From assembly GCA_965285935.1 (NCBI GenBank), contig OZ260667.1:27590001-27654000 (forward strand): a stretch of 64,000 nt of DNA, given 5' to 3'. Shown piece by piece: positions 40,683-51,948 of the stretch. The notes below the pieces were generated by a model that saw only the letters and a list, made by a program, of their open reading frames with translations, had not been told where the DNA came from and did not search any database. Both the position numbers and the translations under genes were made by a program. The number at the start of each line of letters is the position of its first letter. Positions within the stretch are counted from its first letter, which is position 1. Source of the stretch: Ophelia neglecta (Eukaryota).

Positions 40683-41594
40683 TCATACTGCGCCGTTGCC
40701 GCTGGTGTGGGTTGCGTTGCGATGGGGTATGTTGAGGACCATCCCGGAGAGGCCACCAGAAATGCCGAAGGTTGTGATGAACACGTTCATCAGCATGACA
40801 AAGTAGAGCAGATATGTCGCCATATGCTGCCAGAAGCTGATCTTGCGGAAAGTGATTCTCTCCTGGCGATCCTCGTACTGCTCCTTGACGAAGAAGGCGT
40901 GGTGCTGCTGAGCCTCGGCCAATTTCTGCTCGGCCTCGGCTTCCTCCTTCTCCCTCATGGCGCCATTGCACTCGTCACGGGCTTTATTAAGCTCCTCCTC
41001 CAAGTCGGGATTGGCCGGCGTCCGTTTCAGCGCCTCCTCCACCACTTTGACGTAGTTACTAGCCCGGACAATCTTCACGTCGGCGTCTGCCACCTTGACC
41101 CGGGCCACCTCGATGTTACTATCGGCGCGCTCGAGGTCAATGATGGATTCCATACGAGGCTCTAACGGCCAGTCACAGCAGCCAGATGGATCCTCGTCAT
41201 CATGGGAGGACGTCACTGCGGTCGTCCGCTGCAATGGTTCCCGGCTGGCTGTCGTCGCGCGCACGGACAGATAGGTACCGTTCTTTCTCGGGCCCCAGCG
41301 GCAAGCCCTGCAGCAGCACATAAAGCAGTTCGCAATGTCGTAGCACCAGCCCGTACGTTCGGTGGCCTGGTAATAGTGCAAGTTGCCAATGTAGATGATG
41401 ATCATCCCCACAAAAATCTCCAGGGATATGCATGCAATTAAGAGGGTGAGGACGAAGTCGTAAAAGCGATGGCCTTGGCGGCCTATGTCGAGCAGGAGTT
41501 TGAGCTCGGTTATCTGGGTCAGGGAAAGAATTGTGATAAGTGCTCCCTGTGCTTTCGTCTCCGACTGCTCCAGCTCACTATGCCGGGCCAACAA
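40683..41594 (-). CDS. Ninjurin-family membrane protein with a large inter-helix insertion; terminal coding exon (303 aa)
   Basis: GC-rich open exon with acceptor tctttatttttacag| (phase 0). TKAQGALITILSLTQITELKLLLDIGRQGHRFYDFVLTLLIACISLEIFVGMIIIYIG and KISFWQHMATYLLYFVMLMNVFITTFGI align with human NINJ1 ...SQLKAVVEQGPSFAFYVPLVVLISISLVLQIGVGVLLIFL and KLDFLNNLATGLVFIIVVVNIFITAFGV. Confidence 0.92.
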   Translation of the reverse strand: MLARHSELEQSETKAQGALITILSLTQITELKLLLDIGRQGHRFYDFVLTLLIACISLEIFVGMIIIYIGNLHYYQATERTGWCYDIANCFMCCCRACRWGPRKNGTYLSVRATTASREPLQRTTAVTSSHDDEDPSGCCDWPLEPRMESIIDLERADSNIEVARVKVADADVKIVRASNYVKVVEEALKRTPANPDLEEELNKARDECNGAMREKEEAEAEQKLAEAQQHHAFFVKEQYEDRQERITFRKISFWQHMATYLLYFVMLMNVFITTFGISGGLSGMVLNIPHRNATHTSGNGAV

Positions 41595-42487
41595 CTGTAA
41601 AAATAAAGACACTTTGATTTTATTTTAATGATATCGCGGGATAACTTTGCCATGGGTCTATACAATTTCAATATGACCGTACATGGTTACCGGAGACGCA
41701 CAAAATACTGTGCTATTTTTTAATCGTTTTAAGTATCGTACTTCATCGATCTTCACACTCGTGTTATTAAGCTCGAAATACCATCTCTAAGTCTATGGCC
41801 ATGACGCATATCTGACAACTACATGCATCACTACTAAATGAAAGTATAGTATCGAGGTACCACAGGGTGTAAGTTTATCCTTTGGTTTTTTGTTCAGTGC
41901 GTAATGATATATGTTCTAAGATTAAATTGGTGGAGTTATATTAAAATTATATACCCAAAATAATGGATGCTCCATTGTCTTTATTGTCTTGAATTCAAAC
42001 TGTTTGTTATTTGAAAAAGTAGTGATTTTTAGAGCAATAGGAAAGAGAATTTTTAAAAAGCACTTATGTACAGGAAAAATGATTTGAGTATTTAATTTCC
42101 AGGCTTATATACACTATGTGTGTATATTATAATGTCTATAGACCTATATGCGCAAGTAGGGAATACACCAGAAGTATATATTTGAGGAAACACCCAGGAA
42201 AAACCAGGAAATGACCCAAGATAAGCAATATTACCATCGAAAAGAAAGGTGCAATGTTTTCTTCATTTTGATCTATGCACCAACCAAGCAAAAAGTGTTC
42301 ACGTGACACCGGCGCGCGAGACAGATAACATGTTTTTCGGGGAATAGGTGACACAGGGTTAGTTCGAAATACTCTTTTTTTCGCTGGTCGAAAGCAGTTT
42401 AAATCCAACATATTTAACACATTATATGCAAGTGATATCAGTTTTTGTTATGAACTGATTTATTTATTGCATATCTATTTACTACCT

Positions 42488-42609
42488 GGGGCTGAGAACA
42501 TATTTATTGGTGTGTGTGTTGCTGTGTCAGCTGGTTTCTGATGGTGTTAGACCGAGCCAATGGACTATTGTTGATCAATGATTTGATTTTGTCAGCCGGG
42601 TATCCACTC
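42488..42609 (-). repeat. Unclassified dispersed repeat, copy B (intron of the Ninjurin-like gene)
   Basis: Reverse complement aligns with 16871-16985 over about 115 bp. Confidence 0.75.
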
Positions 42610-43582
42610 ACGTTTCAGTGTGAAAGTGTGCTTATGTGTGTTTTGACTCGAATCTCGAAACACTGTGGGCTACCTTCCCACTGTAGCTGATATCTCAAAC
42701 GGGTTTAGTTTTAATTTATCTGCATTAAAATATATTTACTATTTGTAATCATGGTAATTTTGGGGGGTTGGAGATTGACATGTTAATGTGTTACAGCCTA
42801 TAGCTGCTCTTTTGGTTAAAGCAATAAACATGTACGTGTTAAAAGTATTATTGAATAATATTTTATTTGAATAGTAATGTTCGCATCTTAAAAGAACGAA
42901 TAGCCTAGCTCTTTGTCTCGAGGTACATATAATGTAATGAATGGCATGTAAATTAAATGAATGTCCAGTGTTGAATATGTTACGTCAATCGAGTGAAATG
43001 TGACTACGAGAATGTGCGGCTGTATAGCTAAACTGTTCGCACCCTCGGGACATTTACGGCAGACACGCCAGCCACATAGCCTACGACGTCAACCTCAGTC
43101 CGAGCTAGCCTCGCTAAGTGGCCGTCATACTCACTCATTACAGGCATTCTCAAAAGGAGCCTCATTATCAGGCGCTATCTTTTAATATAAATAGTGGGAA
43201 CCTTAATTTAATATTATTAAGGCAAAGTGGAGAGCGGAGTAATGAAAATCCCCTTTTATTAGCACCCTGTCCTGGTGAAATGGCTTTACAACTGAATAAC
43301 AAGTGGTATTGATCCAGTTTAGAATTGCAATACAAATCCTGAAGCTGGGCAATGCATGTGTGCCAACTCCCGGATGACAAGCCATGCCCTGCAATAAAGC
43401 ATTCCCAATTTACCCTTAACTGGAAAGAAATTAAATAAGTGTTTCTTGGCACTAGTAGAAGTGCATTTAGAGTCAATAGAATGATTCAGTCAAGAAGCAA
43501 AATAATGAAAACCGCACTGCTTCTACCATCACAGTCGTTTTTTTCTCACGGTCCTTCACCAGTAGTCATTCCAATGTCAATG

Positions 43583-43596
43583 GTTACCATGGAAAC
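43583..43596. promoter_or_regulatory. RFX X-box motif in a Ninjurin intron
   Basis: GTTACCATGGAAAC matches the 14-bp X-box consensus GTHNYYATRRNAAC and lies in a locally CpG-richer patch. Confidence 0.35.
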
Positions 43597-44104
43597 CGCG
43601 CGTTCCGGGCTTAAGCTATATGACCCGGGGACTGACCTTCCATTTTCAAGCGGGCAATATTAAGCTGGTACAAGGCTGTCAGGTTAGAGAGAATTGCCGG
43701 CGTGCCTTGTGACAATAAAGCTAATCGGGAGTAATGCAACTTGTCAACGCGCGCATTTCCCTTCTTGACACGTCAGTCACTAAAAACTGCCTGCTCAAAG
43801 GAAACACAGGAAAGAAATTTCTCATTCAGCTGCCCGGCAGGGACATTAAACGACAATGGAGAAATGAGCATGCAGTTTGGCTGACCAGTCGGTATCAAAA
43901 GCCGAAATATATATTTTATGAGCAGATGGATTTTCCTAAGAAAGCTTATCACAGCTTAACTGCCAATGATTTTTTGTCATCTATCGTTTTACTCTCTCTT
44001 TTTACTGCAAATACAAACCTGACAAATCCTTCAAACTAGATTTAGTGTCAATTGTATTTATTTCAACAATAAAATGTATTTTAACTATTTTCCTTTAAAC
44101 ATAC

Positions 44105-44178
44105 CTCTTTAACTTTAGCTCTACCACTTTCTGCCATTCTTGCAACGGCTTGTGCCATATGAGGCGTGCTCCACGTAT
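44105..44178 (-). CDS. Ninjurin-like gene, penultimate coding exon (74 nt, phase 1 to 0)
   Basis: Acceptor gttctttattttcag| and donor GAG|gtatgt. Reads (D)TWSTPHMAQAVARMAESGRAKVKE, in frame with the 41594 exon. Confidence 0.75.
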
Positions 44179-45491
44179 CTGAAAATAAAGAACATTCATA
44201 GTCAATTCAGGCATGCGAAAATGAGACCGATATAAGTACCGTTACAAGCTACAAAAGGTGCGCTCTGGTTTCTTTATGGGAAACAATGTTAAGTGGATGA
44301 ATGAATGAGCTTCATTCCGAGAAGTTTCAACAGTGCAATGCCAAGGTTTTAGGAAACAAAAGAGGGAGGCTGAATAATTCCCCCGCCTAGTCTGAGTGAG
44401 AAAAGCTGAGAGAAGTTAGTCAGGATTAAGGACGGCTCAAGCATAACTAGTATAAATGAATATATATAAACAGCTCGTCACCTTCACATAAAAAAATTAT
44501 AATAAAATAAACTATGTATTTGGATATTAGGGAAAGTGATCACCAGCGATTGTGCATTTACCAATTGCTTGTAAGCTTCCAATAAGATGCAGAAAAGCGC
44601 ATTATTATTAAATTATAGTTCTATCAACGCGTTGTAATATGATTTGGAAAATCGAAATCTATTGACGAAGTTGTTTTCTATGTAATACGAGTAGTATCAC
44701 AGTCCGTGTGCAAACGAATACGGCTGTAATCCCATCACACGCGTTTTTGTATTTTTGCGAAAAAGGCAGATTGCTTCCTCGAGCCTTCTCATTCATATCG
44801 ACAAACACGAGAGAAGGGTTGTTAGCGCTCCCGTTAAAGCGGAAGTTTGGTACAGTAATGACTGAGTAATCACCCTACATGTCAAATCACAGAAATCAGG
44901 GACTTAACAAGTCCATAGCTTTTGATGCGAAATGACAACTACACAATTCCCACTGGTGATATTGGCTCAGAGAGAGAAGCTTGAAACGCCCAGGCAGTTA
45001 TTCTATAGCGCTGGTTAAACAAGCGCGTTTTCGGGTTGTTGTTCAAGCAAATATAGATGGCACAAGATCCCAAAAGTCAAATTACCATTTTTATTTATGA
45101 GTTCAATCTAGAAGCAGACAATGTCATGCTGTTTTTGTCAGTCCACATCAATGCTAACACATCAATGGAGCAGATACCGACACAAGGCAAGAGAAAATGA
45201 CAATAGTGTTTCATTGGTGAATGAAATATAATGAAAAACTGAAAGGATTAATAGGCAATGGTTATTCGAATTAAGCCACTAAGCATAGTAAGCAAGCTCT
45301 AATAATTGGTTAAAATAACAGATTTACGATGGACCATTTCTCACCGCCTGCCAAGTGCACCTCTCATTTGTTTGAGTGAGGTGCTAGATAATATACGAGT
45401 GAGTCCCTAATAATCTATATCAAATCTAAACTATTGAAAAACTCCAGATATCGATTCTAAATCTCATCGATCTAAGTCTAGCTTCACATAC

Positions 45492-45528
45492 CGGTCCCCC
45501 TGTGTTGTAGGACTTGGCGGATGGACAT
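45492..45528 (-). CDS. Ninjurin-like gene, alternative start segment (MSIRQVLQHRGT) within exon 45492-45596
   Basis: Acceptor cccttctcattgtag| at 45596 and donor CCG|gtatgt at 45492. ACCATGT follows in-frame stops. Phase-1 join to 44178 gives a 340-aa protein. Confidence 0.5.
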
Positions 45529-45664
45529 GGTCCACTACTAGCTTCATGAGACAATGCCCTGAATTGAGCTTGATGACGTCCCATTGCAACTGCAGCCTAC
45601 AATGAGAAGGGACGTAAGTTAGAAAAAAGTAATCCTGATATCACACCGCCGTGCTTTAGGCTTG

Positions 45665-46350
45665 GGCTCCAGGCTGATTGTAATCCGTTGGAAGAATGCT
45701 TTAACCATGGATGGGCTAGGGGTTGATTTTATCGTTCGTAGGATGGCTGTAGCCATGGGCTCGGGATGATTGCTATCCACTGAAGGATAGCTTCAACCGT
45801 GGGCTAGTGGATGTTTTAATCGGCCATAGGATGGCTAAGCTACATGGATAGGCCCAGGTGCTGATGACACCTGGGCTATTGTAATCTGGTTGGGGAAGGT
45901 TTAGCCAGGTTGATTGTAATCTTCTTGGGAATGGCTTTAAACATGGGCTCCGAGTAGATTGTTATCGGACGAAGGATGGGTTTAGCCATGTGCTCCAGAT
46001 AGATCATTATCAGGATGGGTTTAACGATGTGGGCTTCTGGATGATAGTAATCTGCAGGAGGATGGTTAGACGTGAAATTCGTATTGATTGTGTTCGGCTG
46101 GAGGAAGTCTTCAGCCGCGGGCTCCTCGTTGATTTTAGTCGACCGTAGTATAGCTTTAGCCATGGGCTCCGGGCTGATTTAATCGGCCGGAGGACGGCTA
46201 TTGCTATAAGCTCCCAGTTGATTTTAATCGGCCGAAGGATAGCTTTATCCATGGGCTTCGGGTTGATTTTAGTCGACCGGAAAGTGGTTTAAGAAATTAG
46301 CTCATGTTGATTTTAAATTCCTGGAAGATGGTTTTAAGCATGAACACCTG
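45665..46350. repeat. Degenerate 44-45-bp minisatellite, about 15 copies
   Basis: Units like gttgattttaatcggccgaaggatagctttatccatgggcttcgg at 46128, 46173, 46217, 46262 and 46306, with more diverged copies to the left. Confidence 0.85.
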
Positions 46351-49300
46351 AGTGATTGTACTGTGAAGGTGGGGGAGTCAGATGACTGTGTGTCACGATA
46401 TCTAGCACAATTTCCCATGTTAATAAAAACAGCGCATGTTGTTAAGATGAATACTTAAAAGTATCCTGCATTGTACATGATAAAGTGTCCACAAAGCTCT
46501 TGAAACCAACAAATCATGTGTCTGAAACGAAAGACCATTCTGGAATAAAATTAGCAAATCGCCGGTGGAAATCGGCGGATTCATAATAAAGGTCTGATAT
46601 AATCATTCATGAGGGATTTTAGTTATTTGAATAATGCATGTCGAGTGGTGATACGAGTGTGTATGGATTATAGGGACCCCCTGCTCATCAGTCTATGTAA
46701 TCCCATGTCTTTATCTGACTGGACCTTTGTCCATTGAACCACTAAATGGCTTATTCCGGCGATACATCAAAAGGCTACATCGCCCATTAAATGGGATGAC
46801 GTCATACTTAATGCATATCAAAGAATTGATAATCCCATAGGAATATAACTCATATTATTCCTGCGCCAAATTGGCGATATCAGAACACATGCAGCTCTAG
46901 CCTGACGAGATGCATGTATAAAGAAATGCACATGTTTGCATTTAGTCCATGGATTCGATGATCGAAGGTAGCAATCTTTGGAGTAGGCCTTGGCAAAGAC
47001 CAACATTATGTTAGTTGATACTTATTTTATGTACCAATAGGCAATGGCTAGGTCACGTGGTAACATTTTTCATAAAATATGGCAGATGAACTGCAAAAAC
47101 GAAGCCGTCTCAATTGAGATACAATATGCAAAGTTTGAACGGAATAAATTTTAAATGTATCCATAAGAGTAAAGGGCATTTCTCAGGGATCATGACCACA
47201 AAATCGGCACTTTTGCTCCCCTTTTTAGTAACTCTTTTTTTAAAAACAATTTACATCGTTGAAATTTTTTATCATTAATATAAGGCAATATGACGAAGGC
47301 GCAGTAAAATAATTTAAGAAAAACAATCGGTCAACCAGGGTATTTTATTTACAAAAAACTGACTTAGACTAATTAGGAAATAGCCGGAAGTACTATAAAT
47401 TAGCTGTTTACATCACCAATTGTTTTTCTTTTAAGTTATTTGGCTCATCCAATTGCCCCATCCTTTATGCACACAGTTCGACCGATGAACACATTTTAAA
47501 ACGACTTCTACTCAAATTATTTTGAATATTTAAGTCTTCTATTTTTCTTTCTACTTAAAATGGCCAAATAGATATTAATTGTTCTGAAATGTTGCCCCTG
47601 TGTCATGAAAGTATGGGAGACTACTCCCTTAAGCAGTTGCAGACTTTTGACAGGCGAACGCTGAAAACCACGGTATATAACCCGATAAGTCTTTTGCAAA
47701 TAACCGGCAGGGTGGCTGTTACCTTGAGCTATAGAGACCGCCTGGCACATACATTCGGGATTTATTTCTTTTGGGCATTCGACGTGGAATTGCAGGCGGA
47801 TAGTGACACGGCTTCCGGCGTCCAATTCAAAGTAGTCATTATAGTATCAGATTGCTGAAATCCGGTTTGACAGATGGAAAGGTGAACTCAAGTTAAGAGC
47901 CCCTCGTCACATACGATGCCCATAGATATGAGCTGATCCTTTGAGAGAAAACGGGACAGGAGTGATCCAAAAACACGGGTAACATTTGGAATGCCACCTG
48001 TCGGTCCATTAAATTTGCCGACCCTCCTTGCTCCCCGAAAAGGCTACAATATAATTTGTTATTTCGTCTAGGAAGATCGGAACTACTTGACATAAGCCAC
48101 AATAATAAAAGGAAATGTTGGTATGTGAATTATTACTACTAGAATATAAAGCAAAATTGTCGAACAACAGGTCTCAAATACCTTCATAAAGGTGGATGAA
48201 AGGAAGTCCATATATATTTGTACACATGTAAGAGAGCGTGACATGCAGTATCAAATATCATAGGGTACATGCAAGATGAACGATCGAATGCAAAGAAAAC
48301 TATAAGCCAAGCAAGCTGAGCAAATGAAGGCTAAGTGTATACACAACATGAATGAGGTTAACGTACACTTTATATAAAAGGAATCATTTAATTTGATATT
48401 TTTGAAATCAGGGCCTGACTAGCAACTGTATTTCAAATAAGATGTCATCGGCTCTTTCTGATTACCATCTGCTAATCATGCAACTGTCCTTTTGACCTAT
48501 ATTTGAGGCTCCTTAATCTCACAAAGACACGTAGTCCGTATCATGTCAGCAGCTGAGAGAGAGGTGGGAATTACTACGCTTGCGCCCCATATAATTTGAA
48601 TGACCTCTACAGATGTTTTTTGTTCATTACCGACTCCTTTTTCAAAATTCAGAAAAGAAAAAATCAGTACATAAACAAAAGGGTTTGATATGACTTAGAC
48701 TGGCTTTCTAATGTAGTAAACAGCTCTGTCCATTTTTATGTGAAATGAGCGAATTAATGTCCTGAAGAAGTTCGAACATACTGGTATAATATCACCATAT
48801 ACCAGTAAACATGAACGAAATCATTAATATGTAAACAGTTTTACGAAAGATCTCAAGGGAGCCCTTGAAAGTAGGAACAGACAATTCCAAATTGCATGAC
48901 CCGGGAAAAAAGTCTTGTTTGGAAATGGGACCGGCTACCCAGCAGACGAGACAGAGGACAAAGATTAAGTCAACAGTACTAAATCACGGTAACAGACAAA
49001 CAACATTCCGTTGATAAGAGTGAACCATTAGTATGAATTCACAGGATCGGATAACCAGCAGACAAGATAAAGGCATCTCGTTGAAAAAGAGAATGAATGT
49101 ACGACAGACAAAAACAATGCGTTGATAAAAAGTCAACGTATTTTCCGAATTCACGGGAATGGATGCCGGGAACAAACAAAGAGTTGTTGAAGAATAGTCT
49201 TCCCACAATCCGAATTCACGATATGAATAAAGACAGTCCCTTTATATATATTAAATTAACAATTAATCCGATTTCACAAGTGGTGTCTTACTATATTACA

Positions 49301-51763
49301 TTTCTATATTACGTTACAGTTGTGAGCGTTGACAAGAACAGTATGATTGTTTCGGCGCAGTACGCATTTATCGTTTCTATGCATGAATGGCTCCAGCGAA
49401 CCATGAATTTTTCGCGTGGCCTCTAATCATTCTCCTTCTTTATCATTTTCTTAGAAAAACTTAAACTAGTACACAGTTCCCCTAATCCTGTTGGCAGATG
49501 AGATTAATCTATTCTGCACTTTCCGGGGAGGATTTCCTAGCTGCGGATGAAAAGACCTTTGCACATTGACCACCTTAATCCGTCGCCGAACCGTTCAGAC
49601 AAGTATTGTAAACAGCGGAAGGCGCTCCTTTTAGGATAAGAATTTTACCTCACTCATCCTCTTATCTGTATTTATTTTGCATCCATGGATACGTTCAAAT
49701 CATTGCCACATGCCTGGCAACCATTTCAGTGACAGCACCGCCATTATGTGCTTACATCCAGACCTAAATTGACCCTTAAGGGTTCACTTTAACAAGACAT
49801 TAAGGTGGTTAATGAAAGGCCTAGCAATTGCAAAGGCAAAACAGAATCACTTCCCTCACAATGCTCACTACCAATTTAGCCTCGCTTGCCTTTTAAGAAA
49901 TTGCAGTCTACCTCGATTTCTTTGTTCTGCTGACTGGTTTACAACTGGCCTTTCTGTAATTTTGGCCGAGAAACTATATCACGGAAATCCTCCCTGAAGG
50001 GATATTAATTTGACAATGACACGAACTGAATTCCATGAAACAATGAGATGAAATCAATCATAGAAGTCAATAAAAGAGGGATTGGTTTCTCTATTGTGAG
50101 ACGTCTAACAACTCTGGTTGATATGGTACGTTGAAGACGACATGGGACCTAAAGACCCGATTATTATAAGATCGGCTGACAGCGTAAGGAGAACCCTTTT
50201 GATTACTTGTCTAACACATTATCGTTGTTAGTGAGTTATTTTGAAGACTGTGTGACAAGATAAGCTAGATACACTGTTTTCAGCTGCTACTTCCAGTTTA
50301 TATGGGCTGCATACTAGTAGCGACCCAATAGTAACTGTGAACTGGGTAAAGGTAAGAAAGAACGTGTTTTCATAAAGTGATGGCCTTCAAACCGAATTTG
50401 GCCCGTGGACATTATACCGCTCGGTGCCTGCCATTTCTTTCTCTGGTCCTGACGTCTAATCATTGAAGCGTCAGTGAGGACGGGTTGTTGAGTGGTGCTC
50501 CCTAGAGAATGACACGGCTCTTGTATGCGCTTCACATACCTGCTCTTGGGCACATATTAGCTTTCAGGCAAATTTTCTTCTGGTCCCTGCCTCATGCTCT
50601 AAAAATACATTATCCTTGCAAATTTTCTGGCTCCTCTTTACGGATACCTTTTGGAATTCGCCAGATAAAGTCAAAAGCTTTTGGAAAAGAACTAATGATG
50701 CTAGGGAACAATAAGACTATACATTAAAATTATTCATGGCATGTTTCAAAACAACATCCATCTCCGTTTAACTTAATCTTCCTCATTGTACGTAGCCTGT
50801 GCTTTAAAAAATGAAGCTATACTGGCTTTTTTCTTTAAGACGAGACAGGAATACTGCCCCATTAGCCTTTATGGTCGAAAAAAACATCCTGCAGTATGCC
50901 GGCAAATATAACCATTCTTTCAAATATTGTGTACGACCCATTGTAATACGGCTTATAAAAGGCTAGATTTCGATTAATGCCAACTTCAAGGAAACGCTTT
51001 TTCTATTGAGGTCGTATAGTTAACTCTTGAAGACAACAACATCAGTAAACTCGTCTTTTGTTGTTGGTCATTGATTTCCTCGAAGCTGGATGTCTCTTAC
51101 TATCTGCTCATGACGCAAACAAGTGATCTCTATAACGACTACTTTGCCACCAGCGATTGTCAGCATTGAAATGTTCGGTCCATACCTCAGCATTTCAATG
51201 GTAAGAATCTATAGTCCTAAAACATGTAAGAACAAGAGCAAACAGACTTAACATGGAAAATGGGTTCGACAGCACCAAAGTAATCTCCAAGTAATAGACA
51301 TCCCAAACACTCGTTTGCTTCAATAGACAACTTATCGACCAATACCTGCTAAACCTTCCGCTAAAAAACAAGCTGTGACCAATAGAATAGTCAGCTGTAG
51401 TTCTCACACCAGGCACTTTTTTCAGTTTAAGAAAGTAATGTCGTTGGCAAAAGTTAACGTTCCGGGAGTGTTTTTTTTGGCTAACGAAAATTAATCCATA
51501 ACATTTTACACAATCAAATAGTAGTATCTTTGCCATAAAGCAACATACTAGATGAAAAACAATTCCTTCCCCTTAGGAAGGTCATCGCACAAGCAGTGGC
51601 CATTGTCAAACGATAAATGGCCCCTTTGACGATTGCCACTGAAGCTAGTCGAGCTTGAGTAACGGACCGAATTATAGCATTGCTATAAAACATCAAAGTA
51701 GGGCAATCACATTAGCTTCTATTGAAAACAAAGTGCGTTCTAAATGATATAGCATCGTCTTAC

Positions 51764-51948
51764 CGTGGTAGTCATTGTGGAAATCCAGATTTCGTAGCAT
51801 GATGCAGTTGCCAATGCTCATATTGACTGCAGATGGGGGCACTTGGAGGATGACCTCTGGCTGACGGGCGGGGGACCCCGACGGGGAAACACTCAGCCGC
51901 TGGAGGCCTATCTCGGCTGGTGATGTCCTGTCGACTAAGAGTCTCTCT
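51764..51948 (-). CDS. Ninjurin-like gene, candidate upstream coding exon (185 nt, phase 2 to 1)
   Basis: GC-rich island with acceptor ccctctttacccctag| and donor ACG|gtaaga. Open frame ERLLVDRTSPAEIGLQRLSVSPSGSPARQPEVILQVPPSAVNMSIGNCIMLRNLDFHNDYH is in phase with the 44178 exon. Confidence 0.55.

Noticed and set aside
40668-41441. Overlapping ORFs (165 aa +, 79 aa +, 105 aa -, 77 aa -)
   Set aside because: Shadow ORFs expected from a GC-rich coding exon; no independent motifs.
41595-41612. ORF-track start MSLFLQ for the 309-aa ORF
   Set aside because: The GTG start and these six codons are the polypyrimidine tract and acceptor of the intron; the exon begins at 41594.
51867-51890. SPSGSPAR resembling the human NINJ1 N-terminal SPDASPAR
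   Set aside because: Low-complexity Pro/Ser match at a different distance from the core; probably coincidence.
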